NCBI GenBank assembly: GCA_038214715.1
Contig: JBBQRP010000003.1
Coordinates: 6,209 to 70,208 of the forward strand
Direction of reading: 5' to 3'
DNA length: 64,000 nucleotides
DNA from: Thermoanaerobaculia bacterium
GTDB lineage: Bacteria; Acidobacteriota; Thermoanaerobaculia; UBA5066
The position numbers were made by a program, and so were the translations under genes. Below, piece by piece: positions 17,313 through 26,465 of the stretch. Each line of letters begins with the position of its first letter. The first letter of the stretch is position 1. Under the pieces are notes generated by a model, which searched no databases, was not told the origin of the DNA, and saw nothing but the letters and a program-made list of their open reading frames with translations.

Positions 17313-20083
17313 CACGTTTTCTTTCGGCGAGGACGGGCGGGCGGCTTCGGTGAACGTGCGGTACTCCGCCGAGGACCACCGGGCGATCCGGACGCCGCCG
17401 GTGCCGCCGCCGCCTTCGGCGCCTTCGGTCCCCTCGGTCTCGCCGCCCCCTTCTTCGCGCCCTTGACCGGCGCGGGGATGCGCGCTTCGGCGATCGCGGC
17501 CTCGAGCGCCCCTTCGGGGATGCGCGTCGTGGGCTCGAAGGCGCCGAGGTCGCCCGCGGCGACGTCCAGCCCGCAACCCTCCGTCTCGCACACGTAGAAC
17601 GGCCCCGCCTTGCGGTCTCTCACGAGAAGGTACGGCGCCTGGCAGTTCGGGCACGTCTTCGGCACCGGCCGCGCCTTGAAGTTCTTCTCGCACGCCGGGT
17701 AGTTCGAGCAGCCGTAGAAGGGCCCGAAGCGCCCGCGCCGCACGAGGATGTCGCCCGTCGTGCACACCGGGCACTTGACGCCCGTGAGCGTCACGGGCTT
17801 CGGCGGCTTGAACCGGCAGGCGGGGTAGTTCGAGCAGGAAACGTAGTCGCCGAAGCGCCCGTGCCGCGTCACGAGCGCGTGGTCGCAGTTCGGGCACGTC
17901 TCGCCGGTCGGGACGTCCGGCTTCGCCTCAGCCTTGCCTCCCGCGACCTTCACGGGAACGGTGTTGCGGCAGACGGGGTAGGCCGTGCAGCCGAGGAACG
18001 CCGACGCGTTCCGCCCGGTGCGCAGCTTCATCGGGCTGCCGCATTCCTCGCACGTCTGGCCCTCGACGTCCGTCGCGTCGATCGGGTCTTCCTCCACCTC
18101 GGGGATGTCCTGGGTGAAGTCGCAGTTCGGATAGCCCGAGCACGCGATGAAGAGGCCGGCCTTGCCCATGCGAAGCTTCAGGGGGTCGCCGCTCTTCGGG
18201 CAGGTGTCGCCCGGGTCGTTCGTCAGCTTGAAGTCGATGAAGCGCGAGCGGACGTCCGCGAGGAGGAGGCCCGCCTTCACGGAGACCATCTTCTTGCGCG
18301 CCTTGTCACGGTCCTTGACGAACTTGCCGTCGAACTCGGCCAGCGCCTTGCGCCAGTCGAGCGTCCCCTCCTCGACCTCGTCGAGCTCGAGCTCCATTTT
18401 CGCGGTGTACTCGGTCTGGAAGAAGTCGTCGAACCCCTCGCGGATGAGATCCACGACGAGGCGGCCGAGCGGGGTCGGGGTGAAACGCCGGTCCTTCTTC
18501 CTCACGTACTCGCGGTCTTCGATCTTCCGCATGATCTCGGCGTACGTCGAAGGCCTTCCGATGCCGTTCTCCTCGAGGAACTTCACGAGAGAGGCCTCGT
18601 TGAAGCGCGGCGGGGGCTGGGTCTCGTGTCCCTCGGCATTGGCCGAGACGAGCTCGAGAGGGTCGCCCTCCACGAGAACCGGCAGGCGCACCTTCTCGCT
18701 GCCGCTCGCCTCGCCCCCTTCGTTGCCGTCGGCCGACTCACCCTCCGGCCCGGCCTTTTCCTTCTCCTCCGGCTCGGGCTCGGCTTCCTTCTCGTAGACC
18801 TTGAGCCAGCCCGGGTCCTTGAGGACCGTGCCCGAGGCGCGCAGGCCCGCCGTCACGCCGCCCTTCGCGGCCTCGATGTCGACGGAGGTCACCTCCGAGA
18901 TCGACGGGCTCATCTGGGAAGCGACGAACCGGTTCCAGACGAGCCGGTAGAGTTTCATTTCGTCGGACGCCAGGTAGCGCGCGACAGCCTCGGGCGGAAG
19001 ATCGAGAGACGTCGGGCGGATCGCCTCGTGTGCGTCCTGCGCGTCCTTCTTCTGCCGGAAGCGGCGCGCCTCCTCGGGGAGCGCCCGGGGGCCGTACGTC
19101 CGCGAGATGAAGTCGCGCACGGCGACGAGGGCCTCTTCGGCCGAGCGCGTCGAGTCGGTGCGCATGTATGTGATGAGGCCGATCGTGCCGCGCTCGCCGA
19201 TCGTCTTGCCCTCGTAGAGACGCTGGGCGATCTGCATCGTGCGGCGGACGCTGAACCCGATGCGCGCGGCGCCCTGCTGCAGCTTGGACGTCGTGAAGGG
19301 CGGCGGCGCACTCGCCTTGCGCTCCTTCGCCTCCACCTTCACGACCGAGATCGAGGCGCCCTCGACGTGGTTTCGGGCGGCTTCCGCCTGCTCGAGGGAC
19401 GCGAGACGCGGGTCCGTGCCGTCGAACCTCAGCTTCTCGCCCTTCCACTGGATGACGCGCGCGGGGAACGCCGCGTCTCCCTTCTTCAACGTCACGGGAA
19501 CGGAGAAGTAGGGAACGGCGACGAAGCGCTCCCGCTCGCTCTCGCGCTCCACGATGATGCGGAGCGTGACCGTCTGGACGCGCCCCGCCGAGAGGCCTCT
19601 CCAGAGCTTCGACCAGAGGAGGTCCGAGACCTCGTAGCCGACGAGGCGGTCGATGATGCGGCGGGCCTGCTGTGCGTTGACGCGGTCCTGGTCGATCACG
19701 CCCGGATGGGACACGGCGCGCGTCACCGCGGCCTTCGTGATCTCGTGGAACTCGGCGCGGTGGAACGTCGCCTTCGGCAGGTTAGGCTTCAGGATTTCCT
19801 GCAGGTGCCAGCAGATGGCCTCGCCCTCGCGGTCGGGGTCGGCGGCCAGGTAGATCGTGTCGGCGCCCCGGGCTGCTTTCTTCAGGTCCTGGACCGTACG
19901 CTCCTTGCCCGGCAGGATCTCGTAGGAGGGGGCGTACCCGTGCTCGCGGTCGACCGCGATGCCCTTCTTCTGGAGGTCGCGGACGTGCCCGTAACAGGCC
20001 ATGACGGTGAAGTCCTTTCCGAGGAACTTCCCGAGTGTCGCGGCCTTCGCGGGTGACTCGACGATGACAAGTGATTTCGCCAT
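17312..20083 (-). CDS. topA: DNA topoisomerase I with multiple C-terminal zinc-ribbon repeats
   Basis: MAKSLVIVESPAKA...ACYGHVRDL TOPRIM. Catalytic Tyr region. Four or more C4 zinc ribbons. Lys/Pro-rich tail. Confidence 0.95.
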   Translation of the reverse strand: MAKSLVIVESPAKAATLGKFLGKDFTVMACYGHVRDLQKKGIAVDREHGYAPSYEILPGKERTVQDLKKAARGADTIYLAADPDREGEAICWHLQEILKPNLPKATFHRAEFHEITKAAVTRAVSHPGVIDQDRVNAQQARRIIDRLVGYEVSDLLWSKLWRGLSAGRVQTVTLRIIVERESERERFVAVPYFSVPVTLKKGDAAFPARVIQWKGEKLRFDGTDPRLASLEQAEAARNHVEGASISVVKVEAKERKASAPPPFTTSKLQQGAARIGFSVRRTMQIAQRLYEGKTIGERGTIGLITYMRTDSTRSAEEALVAVRDFISRTYGPRALPEEARRFRQKKDAQDAHEAIRPTSLDLPPEAVARYLASDEMKLYRLVWNRFVASQMSPSISEVTSVDIEAAKGGVTAGLRASGTVLKDPGWLKVYEKEAEPEPEEKEKAGPEGESADGNEGGEASGSEKVRLPVLVEGDPLELVSANAEGHETQPPPRFNEASLVKFLEENGIGRPSTYAEIMRKIEDREYVRKKDRRFTPTPLGRLVVDLIREGFDDFFQTEYTAKMELELDEVEEGTLDWRKALAEFDGKFVKDRDKARKKMVSVKAGLLLADVRSRFIDFKLTNDPGDTCPKSGDPLKLRMGKAGLFIACSGYPNCDFTQDIPEVEEDPIDATDVEGQTCEECGSPMKLRTGRNASAFLGCTAYPVCRNTVPVKVAGGKAEAKPDVPTGETCPNCDHALVTRHGRFGDYVSCSNYPACRFKPPKPVTLTGVKCPVCTTGDILVRRGRFGPFYGCSNYPACEKNFKARPVPKTCPNCQAPYLLVRDRKAGPFYVCETEGCGLDVAAGDLGAFEPTTRIPEGALEAAIAEARIPAPVKGAKKGAARPRGPKAPKAAAAPAASGSPGGPRRSTARSPKPPARPRRKKT

Positions 20084-20110
20084 GAGCAGAGGGTCACGAT
20101 GCCACGTTTG

Positions 20111-21241
20111 TCAAGTCTTTGCCCGGGCCCTCGCGAAAAGAGCACCCGGCAGGACCGTCACGAGACCCTCCATCTCGAGGTGGACGAGGGCCGCGGAAAG
20201 ACGGGCCGCGTCGAGCCCCGTGGCCGCGAGGAGCGTCTCGGCGTCCTTCGCCTCCTCGGCGTCGAGCGAAGCGAAAAGAGCGCCGGCGTCCTTCGGAAGA
20301 TGGGCGGGAACGGTCGGCTCCTCGCGCTCCGGAATCGCCCGCCGGAGATGCCGGCGATCCTCTTCCGGCAGCTCCTCGAGGAGGTCGTCGGCGTGCCTCA
20401 CGAGGATCGCGCCATCCTTGAGGAGCGCGTTCGATCCGGCGGCTCCCGGCGAGAGAATCGAGCCCGGAACCGCCGCGACGTCGCGGCCGTACCCCGTCGC
20501 GCAACGCGCCGTGATGAGGGAGCCGCTCTTCTCCGCGGCTTCGACGACGCAGACGATGCGCGAGAGGCCCGCGATGATGCGGTTCCGAACGGGAAAGTTC
20601 CAGGGCTCAGGTTCCGTTCCCATCGGAAACTCCGAGACCGCGGCCCCCGCCAAGAGCAACGCCGCGAGCAGATCCTTCTGCTCCGGCGGGTAACAGACGT
20701 CGACGCCGCAGCCGAGGACGGCGACGGTCCGTCCGCCCGCGTCGAGCGCGGCGCGGTGGGCCGCGGCGTCGATGCCGCGGGCGAACCCCGACACGACGGT
20801 CACGCCGGCCTCGGCGAGAGAGGCCGCGAGCGACCGAGCGGCGTCGAGACCCGCCCGAGACGCCCGGCGGGCTCCGACGACCGCGATCGCCGGGCCCTCG
20901 GGAAAGGGAAGACCGCGCGCGAAGAGGACTGGCGGGGGATCGTGAATCTCGCGGAGAAGCGCGGGGTAGCCAGTGTCCGTCAGGAAGACGACGCGCGTCC
21001 CGGACTCTTCGAGCCGCCGCGCGTCGTCACGAAGCCCCGGGTCTTCGCCGTCTTCGAGCAGAGGCTCGACGACCGCGCGGTCTTCGCCGGCGAGCCGGGC
21101 GGCCTCTTCCGGGGACAGTGCACGGACAGCGGCGGGCGACCCGGCCGAAAGAAGGAGCGCTCGGAGGGCGCGGGCGGCCCGGCCGCGCCCCTTTCGGGCC
21201 CAGAGGAGTCCTGTAAGGGCATCGTTCAGCGCGCTGCTCAA
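20111..21241 (-). CDS. dprA: DNA processing protein DprA (Smf)
   Basis: Rossmann-like DprA core (VVSGFARGIDAAAHRAALDAGGRTVAVLGCGVD...FPVRNRIIAGLS). TTG start is preceded by GAGGGG. The upstream 228 codons of the track ORF are artefact. Confidence 0.85.
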   Translation of the reverse strand: MSSALNDALTGLLWARKGRGRAARALRALLLSAGSPAAVRALSPEEAARLAGEDRAVVEPLLEDGEDPGLRDDARRLEESGTRVVFLTDTGYPALLREIHDPPPVLFARGLPFPEGPAIAVVGARRASRAGLDAARSLAASLAEAGVTVVSGFARGIDAAAHRAALDAGGRTVAVLGCGVDVCYPPEQKDLLAALLLAGAAVSEFPMGTEPEPWNFPVRNRIIAGLSRIVCVVEAAEKSGSLITARCATGYGRDVAAVPGSILSPGAAGSNALLKDGAILVRHADDLLEELPEEDRRHLRRAIPEREEPTVPAHLPKDAGALFASLDAEEAKDAETLLAATGLDAARLSAALVHLEMEGLVTVLPGALFARARAKT

Positions 21242-21289
21242 GCGGCACCCCTCTTGCTCAGGCCAAAGACCTTGAAACCGGTGTCTATA

Positions 21290-21904
21290 ATGCCCGACCT
21301 CTTCGTGACGTGCCGCCGTCGACCCACCGCCGCGACGCTCGTGGCTCTCGCCGCCGCGGGATCGATCGCGTGTTCGTCGAGCTCGTCGCGGAACGCCGTC
21401 ACGTGGAAGGCCGAGAACGCCTACGGAAGCCAGATGGCCCGAAAGGGGTTCTGGCGGGAGGCACTCTTCCGCTACGAGAAGGCCGCGGCGCTGCACCCCG
21501 ACAACCCGGAGGTTCAGAACAACCTCGGCGTCGCATACGAGAGCGTAGGGGAGACTTCGCGCGCCCTCGCGGCCTACAAGAAGGCGCTCGAACTCGCGCC
21601 GCAGGACTCGAAGATCAAGCGCAACTACGCGCGATTCGCCGAGTACTACACGTCGGTGCAGCGCGCGTCTTCCCTGCCCGCTCCGTCGAGCTCCAGCCCC
21701 GCGATGCGTCCGTCGCCGGCGCCCGGAGCCGAATCGGGCGGCAAGCCGGGCTCCGCAGAACCTCCGCTCCTCCCGCCGGCCGTCGGCAAGGTTCCCGCGG
21801 ATTCGTCGCCCGGCTCTCCGGTTCCCGCGCCCGCGCAGAATCCGCCGTCCGCGCCGCCGGCGCCCACGCCGGGACCGGCCCCGGCGCCGCCCGGTGGCCG
21901 ATGA
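21290..21904 (+). CDS. TPR-repeat lipoprotein with Pro/Ser/Ala-rich C-terminal tail
   Basis: Lipobox AAAGSIACSS. TPR units (ALFRYEKAAALHPDNPEVQNNLGVAYESVGETSRALAAYKKALELAP). Low-complexity PAPAP tail. Confidence 0.6.
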   Translation: MPDLFVTCRRRPTAATLVALAAAGSIACSSSSSRNAVTWKAENAYGSQMARKGFWREALFRYEKAAALHPDNPEVQNNLGVAYESVGETSRALAAYKKALELAPQDSKIKRNYARFAEYYTSVQRASSLPAPSSSSPAMRPSPAPGAESGGKPGSAEPPLLPPAVGKVPADSSPGSPVPAPAQNPPSAPPAPTPGPAPAPPGGR

Positions 21905-21927
21905 GGGAACGAGGGGCGGCGACACGC

Positions 21928-22626
21928 ATGAGACGCTTCGCCTCGTCCGCGCTGGGCCTGTCGCTCGTCCTTTCGTTCGCCTGTACGGGAGGCCCGAAGG
22001 AGGTCAAGCTCCGGCTTCCGCTTCGCCCGAAGCTGGCCGTCACCGGACGCGAGCGTCTCTCGCTGGCGCCGTTCCTCGTCGCCTCGAAGCTCTCGGACAA
22101 GAAAGACGCGCCGCGATACAAGGATCTGGATCTCGATGCGGAATTCCGTCGCTACCTGGGCAAGCAGCTCGGCAAGCGCACGAAAATGACGATCGTGACG
22201 ATGCCCGCCGACGTGAGGCTTCCGTCGCAGAACCTCAAGGACGTCGGCGAGGCCGCGGAGTTCTGGCGCGGGGTGGGGGCGCGGACGGGCGCCGACATCC
22301 TCCTGACAGGCGTCGTCGACTTCCGGGTGGAAAACAAGTCCGGCTACCGGGCCGAGGAATACCGGAGCCCGATCGACAACCGGATTTACTACCGGCAGGT
22401 ACTCGTGGAATCGACGGGTTTCACGTTCGACGTGACGGTCGTCGCGCTCGACGGTCACACCGGGCTGAAGCTCTTCCAGGAGAACTTCCGCGACACGAAG
22501 GAGAAGAACCGGAGGGCCACGGACGAGCTCGTGGGCCTCTTCGAGAACCTTTTCTCCCTCGAGAACCAGCTGCTCGGCCTCTTCGTGGTGCGCGAGCGGG
22601 AGGCGAACCGGTATGTCTTCGACTAG
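21928..22626 (+). CDS. Lipoprotein of unknown function (232 aa)
   Basis: ATG MRRFASSALGLSLVLSFACTGG with a lipobox. The upstream 206 codons of the track ORF are Arg-rich artefact. Confidence 0.5.
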   Translation: MRRFASSALGLSLVLSFACTGGPKEVKLRLPLRPKLAVTGRERLSLAPFLVASKLSDKKDAPRYKDLDLDAEFRRYLGKQLGKRTKMTIVTMPADVRLPSQNLKDVGEAAEFWRGVGARTGADILLTGVVDFRVENKSGYRAEEYRSPIDNRIYYRQVLVESTGFTFDVTVVALDGHTGLKLFQENFRDTKEKNRRATDELVGLFENLFSLENQLLGLFVVREREANRYVFD

Positions 22627-25477
22627 GGCGTTTCTCGCCGCGTCCGCCGCCCTCGCACTCGCGGTCTTCGTCGCGCCCGAGGCGCGATCCGCCGGACAGA
22701 ACAAGATCGTCTACGACAAGTTCGACTGGCAGATCTACCAGTCGACCCACTTCGACATGTACCACTACTCGCGCGAGCGCCAGACGCTCCAGAAAGTCGT
22801 GTCGATGGCGGAGTCGGCCTACGACGAGCTCTCGCGCCGCCTGAACTACCAGATCCCGAAGCGCATCCCGATCATCTATTACGCGACGCACGCGGAGTTC
22901 GAGCAGAACAACATCGAGCTCAACTTCATCCCCGAGGGCGTTGGCGCGTTCGCCGAGCCCGCCCGGAACAGGATGGTCCTGCCGATCGACCTGCCGGACG
23001 AGAAGCTTCAGTCGCTCATCCAGCACGAGCTCACGCACGTCTTCCAGTACGAGATCCTGTTCGGCGGAAGGCTCGGCCGCGCCCTCTCGGCGAACGTCCC
23101 GACCTGGGTGGTGGAGGGCATGGCGTCCTACTTCGGAAACGACGAGGACGACAAGGACCGCATGTACCTGAGGGACGCTGTCAACCAGGACCTCATCCCG
23201 CCGATCACGAAGGTCAACATCGAGGGCTACCCCGCGTACCGCTACGGCCACGCGGTCTACGACTTCATGGAAGCGGAGTGGGGCAAGGACGCCGTCCGCG
23301 ACTTCGTCTTCGAGTACCGCTCGTTCCTCGGGCGCGACGTCGCGGTCGCGCTCCGGCGCGCATTCGAGATCCAGCCGGATGACTTCGACCTCAAGTTCCG
23401 GCGGTACCTGAGGCGCAAGTACCTCCCGCTCCTCGCGATGAAAGGCGAGGCGAGCGAGTACGGCGAGCGCTTCCGCGTCGGGCCCTACGGCCGCGAGTCG
23501 TTCGAGATCGGCGCCGCGCCGTCCCCCTCCGGCGAGTTCGTCGCCACCCTCACGACCGTGAAGGGCGATGTCGACATCGCGCTCCTCTCGGTGAAGGACC
23601 GCAAACTCTACAAGAACCTTTCCGCCGGCCACACGACGAAGTACGAGTACATCGTCGGCCAGTACCTCACGGCGGGCCCCGAGAGCGGCCGCGACCTCTC
23701 GTTCGCACCGGACGGCGACCGCATCGCGGCCTTCGGCCGGCAGGAGCGCGGCCGCAAGCTGCTCATCTTCTCGGCGCGCGGCGGCGGGCTCCTCGAGCGC
23801 ATTTCCGTGGCACCGGACGTCCCGCTCTCACCCTCCTGGTCTCCGGACGGGAACGCGATCGTCTTCTCCGGCATCGAGGGAAACAGCCGCGACATCTTCC
23901 TCCTCGACATGAAGTCGCACGCCGTGAGGAACCTCACGAACGACGTCGAGTTCGACGAGGCGCCCGTCTTCTCGCCGGACGGGAAATGGATCTACCACTC
24001 CAAGATCGTCGGCGGCTTCTCGAAGATCGTGCGTTTCCCGCTCAGCGACCCGTCCAAGAACGAGCAGGTAACATGGGGCGACAGCAACGACGAGGACCCG
24101 GCCTTCTCGCCGGACGGCAAGCGTCTCTACTACGCGTCGTCCCGCGGCGGCATCTTCAACATCTACGGCCAGGATCTCGCGACGGGCGAGATCGTGCAGT
24201 ACACCGACGTCATCGGAGGAGCGTTCGGACCCGCCGCGTTCACGGGTCCCGACGGGCAGGAAAAGGTCGTCTTCTCCGGCTTCCAAGGCCTTCGCTTCCA
24301 GGTCTACGTGGCGGACGCGAAAAAACCCTTCAGGAAGCTCGACGAGCGCGCGCTTCCGCCCGCGCCCGTCAAGACCGGCGGCACGGCCGGCTTCGTACCC
24401 GCGGTGGAGGTCGCCGTCGACCCCGAGAAACTTTCGCGGCCGAAGTTCAAGCTGTTCCTCGACAACGCACAGGTGCTCGCCGGCATCAATTCGGACCAGA
24501 CGTTCGTCTCGCAGATCGTCCTCTCGTTCTCGGACTACCTCGGCGATCACCGCTCGTTCTTCCAGTTCGACTCCGTCTCGACGTTCTCGAACTTCCGAAT
24601 CGGCTACTTCAACATCGCGAACCGCTTCCAGTGGGGCCTTCAGCTCTACGACGACCGCCAGTACTTCTACGGATACAACTACGAGACCGGCGATTTCACG
24701 CGCGACCAGCGCATCTCGCGCGACACGGGCCTCTCGCTGTCGGGCTACTATCCGATCTCGAGGTACACGCGCCTCGAGGGGAACATCGGCTTTCTGAGCC
24801 GCTCGCTCGACGTGCCCTACTCGATCTCGAACCTCGACGGAACGCAGTCCGTCTTCTACGATCCCAGGTCGGACAACGTGCCGACGGCCGGAGTCGGCTT
24901 CTCGTACGACACGACCCGTTACGCGAGCTTCGGCCCTTACGGGGGGAAGCGGCTCGACCTGAACGTCCAATACACGCCGTCCTTCAAGGCTGGCGAGACC
25001 ACGCTCTCGATCGACTCGTTCGTCGACGCCCGCCTCTACGTTCCGCTCTCCCGGCGGGTACTCATCGCGATGCGCGGGTTCGGCGGCTATTCGCGGGGCT
25101 CGGCGCCGACGGTCTTCTACTTCGGCGGCCTCGACACGCTACGGGGCTTCGACTACCGGAGCATTATCGGGAACAACGTCTTCTACGTGAACACGGAGCT
25201 CCGGTTCCCGCTCATCGACGTCCTCTCGACGCCGGTCCTGCAGTTCGGCGGCATTCGCGGCCGGATCTTCCTCGACGTGGGCGGCGCCTGGCTCAAAGAC
25301 CAGGCGTTCCAGTTCTGGCAGGACGGCCGCCTGAAGGACGGCCACGCCTCCTTCGGCGGCGGATTCACGGCGTACTTCCTCGGCCTCCCCTGGAACGTGG
25401 ACACCGCCAAGCAGTGGGACTTCCGCACGTCCCTGTCCGACTGGCAGACCACGTTCTACGTCGGGGCGACCTTTTAG
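22613..25477 (+). CDS. Secreted multidomain outer-membrane protein: N-terminal HExxH metallopeptidase (Peptidase_MA-like), PD40/TolB-type beta-propeller, C-terminal Omp85 (bacterial surface antigen) beta-barrel
   Basis: Signal peptide. HELTHVFQYE...WVVEGMASYFG zinc-peptidase motif. Repeated SPDG/FSPDGK PD40 motifs. C-terminal region with alternating aromatic beta strands (LRFPL, GGIRGRIFLDVGGAW), ending in a C-terminal Phe. Confidence 0.8.
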   Translation: MSSTRAFLAASAALALAVFVAPEARSAGQNKIVYDKFDWQIYQSTHFDMYHYSRERQTLQKVVSMAESAYDELSRRLNYQIPKRIPIIYYATHAEFEQNNIELNFIPEGVGAFAEPARNRMVLPIDLPDEKLQSLIQHELTHVFQYEILFGGRLGRALSANVPTWVVEGMASYFGNDEDDKDRMYLRDAVNQDLIPPITKVNIEGYPAYRYGHAVYDFMEAEWGKDAVRDFVFEYRSFLGRDVAVALRRAFEIQPDDFDLKFRRYLRRKYLPLLAMKGEASEYGERFRVGPYGRESFEIGAAPSPSGEFVATLTTVKGDVDIALLSVKDRKLYKNLSAGHTTKYEYIVGQYLTAGPESGRDLSFAPDGDRIAAFGRQERGRKLLIFSARGGGLLERISVAPDVPLSPSWSPDGNAIVFSGIEGNSRDIFLLDMKSHAVRNLTNDVEFDEAPVFSPDGKWIYHSKIVGGFSKIVRFPLSDPSKNEQVTWGDSNDEDPAFSPDGKRLYYASSRGGIFNIYGQDLATGEIVQYTDVIGGAFGPAAFTGPDGQEKVVFSGFQGLRFQVYVADAKKPFRKLDERALPPAPVKTGGTAGFVPAVEVAVDPEKLSRPKFKLFLDNAQVLAGINSDQTFVSQIVLSFSDYLGDHRSFFQFDSVSTFSNFRIGYFNIANRFQWGLQLYDDRQYFYGYNYETGDFTRDQRISRDTGLSLSGYYPISRYTRLEGNIGFLSRSLDVPYSISNLDGTQSVFYDPRSDNVPTAGVGFSYDTTRYASFGPYGGKRLDLNVQYTPSFKAGETTLSIDSFVDARLYVPLSRRVLIAMRGFGGYSRGSAPTVFYFGGLDTLRGFDYRSIIGNNVFYVNTELRFPLIDVLSTPVLQFGGIRGRIFLDVGGAWLKDQAFQFWQDGRLKDGHASFGGGFTAYFLGLPWNVDTAKQWDFRTSLSDWQTTFYVGATF

Positions 25478-25478
25478 C

Positions 25479-25501
25479 GGGGAACCCCATGGGGGTTCCC
25501 C
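25479..25501. repeat. Perfect inverted repeat GGGGAACCCC-ATG-GGGGTTCCCC (10-bp stem) directly after the stop codon of the Omp85-fusion gene
   Basis: Seen directly 2 nt after TAG 25475-25477. No U-tract follows. Confidence 0.7.
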
Positions 25502-25636
25502 GGACCCCTCCACGATCTCGCTTCCCTCGCACGGGGTTCCCCGGATCCCTCCACGATCTCGCTTCCCTCGCACGGGGTTCCCCGGACCCCTCCACGATCT
25601 CGCTTCCCTCGCGGGGTTTCCCCGACCCCTCCACCC
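25492..25636. repeat. 41-bp direct tandem repeat, about 3.5 copies (GGGGTTCCCCGGACCCCTCCACGATCTCGCTTCCCTCGCAC)
   Basis: Copies begin at 25492, 25533, 25574 and 25613 (the last degenerate and partial), with 1-2 substitutions between copies. Intergenic, contiguous, no spacers. Confidence 0.85.
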
Positions 25637-25646
25637 CTGCGCGATT

Positions 25647-26465
25647 GTGAGGAAGGTCACCTGGAGACCGTCTCCGGGTCCGCGGGCTCATAATCCCCTC
25701 CCCGTGCGCGTTCGCGTCCTCGGAGCCCATGGCGGCTCCTCGCCGTCCCATCGTCAGACGTCGTTCCTCGTGAACGGAACACTCTGTGTGGACGCGGGTG
25801 CGGTCACGGACGCACTCTCTCTCGCCGAACAGTCGATGGTCCGCTCGGTCCTCGTGACACACGCGCACATGGACCACGTGGCCTCACTCCCGTTCCTCGT
25901 CGAGAACATCTTCGGCGGCACCGCCCCGCCCCTCGAGATCGTCGCACCCGAAGAGGTGCTTGCCGCCCTGAAGAAACATCTCTTCAACGACGCGCTCTGG
26001 CCCGACTTCTCGCGCCTTCCGAGCGACGCCGTGCCCGCGGTCACGTTCCGTCCGGTTCCGATCGGCAAGCCGTTCACCGTGTCGGGATTGACCGCGACGG
26101 CGTTCCCCGTCTCCCACGTCGTTCCGACGTTCGGATACATCCTCGAAGACAAGGGCGGGAGCATCGTCTTTTCGGGCGACACCGGCCCGACGGATGCGCT
26201 GTGGGCCGCCGCGCGCGCGCGAAAGGACGTGAAGGGCGTCTTCGCGGAGTGCTCGTTTCCGAACTCCATGCAGCATCTCGCGGACGTCTCGAAACACCTC
26301 ACGCCGGCGAGCCTGAAAATGGAGATCGCGAAATTCCCGCCGGGAGCGCCGATCCACCTGTACCACATGAAGCCCCCGACCCTCGAAAAGCTGAAGGCCG
26401 ACGTGCTCGCGCTCTCGAACCCGCGCGTCACGATCCTGAAGGACGGGGACGAGCTGACGTTCTAG
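25647..26465 (+). CDS. MBL-fold metallo-hydrolase, class II 3',5'-cyclic-nucleotide phosphodiesterase-like
   Basis: VLVTHAHMDHVASLPFLV resembles the class II PDE signature HxHLDH..G/S. The downstream FSGDTG block is present. GTG start at 25647; an alternative GTG is at 25704. Confidence 0.6.
   Translation: MRKVTWRPSPGPRAHNPLPVRVRVLGAHGGSSPSHRQTSFLVNGTLCVDAGAVTDALSLAEQSMVRSVLVTHAHMDHVASLPFLVENIFGGTAPPLEIVAPEEVLAALKKHLFNDALWPDFSRLPSDAVPAVTFRPVPIGKPFTVSGLTATAFPVSHVVPTFGYILEDKGGSIVFSGDTGPTDALWAAARARKDVKGVFAECSFPNSMQHLADVSKHLTPASLKMEIAKFPPGAPIHLYHMKPPTLEKLKADVLALSNPRVTILKDGDELTF

Noticed and set aside
25492-25636. Possible CRISPR array
   Set aside because: The 41-bp units are directly contiguous with no intervening unique spacers, and there are only 3.5 copies. 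This is a tandem repeat, not a repeat-spacer array, and no cas genes are nearby.
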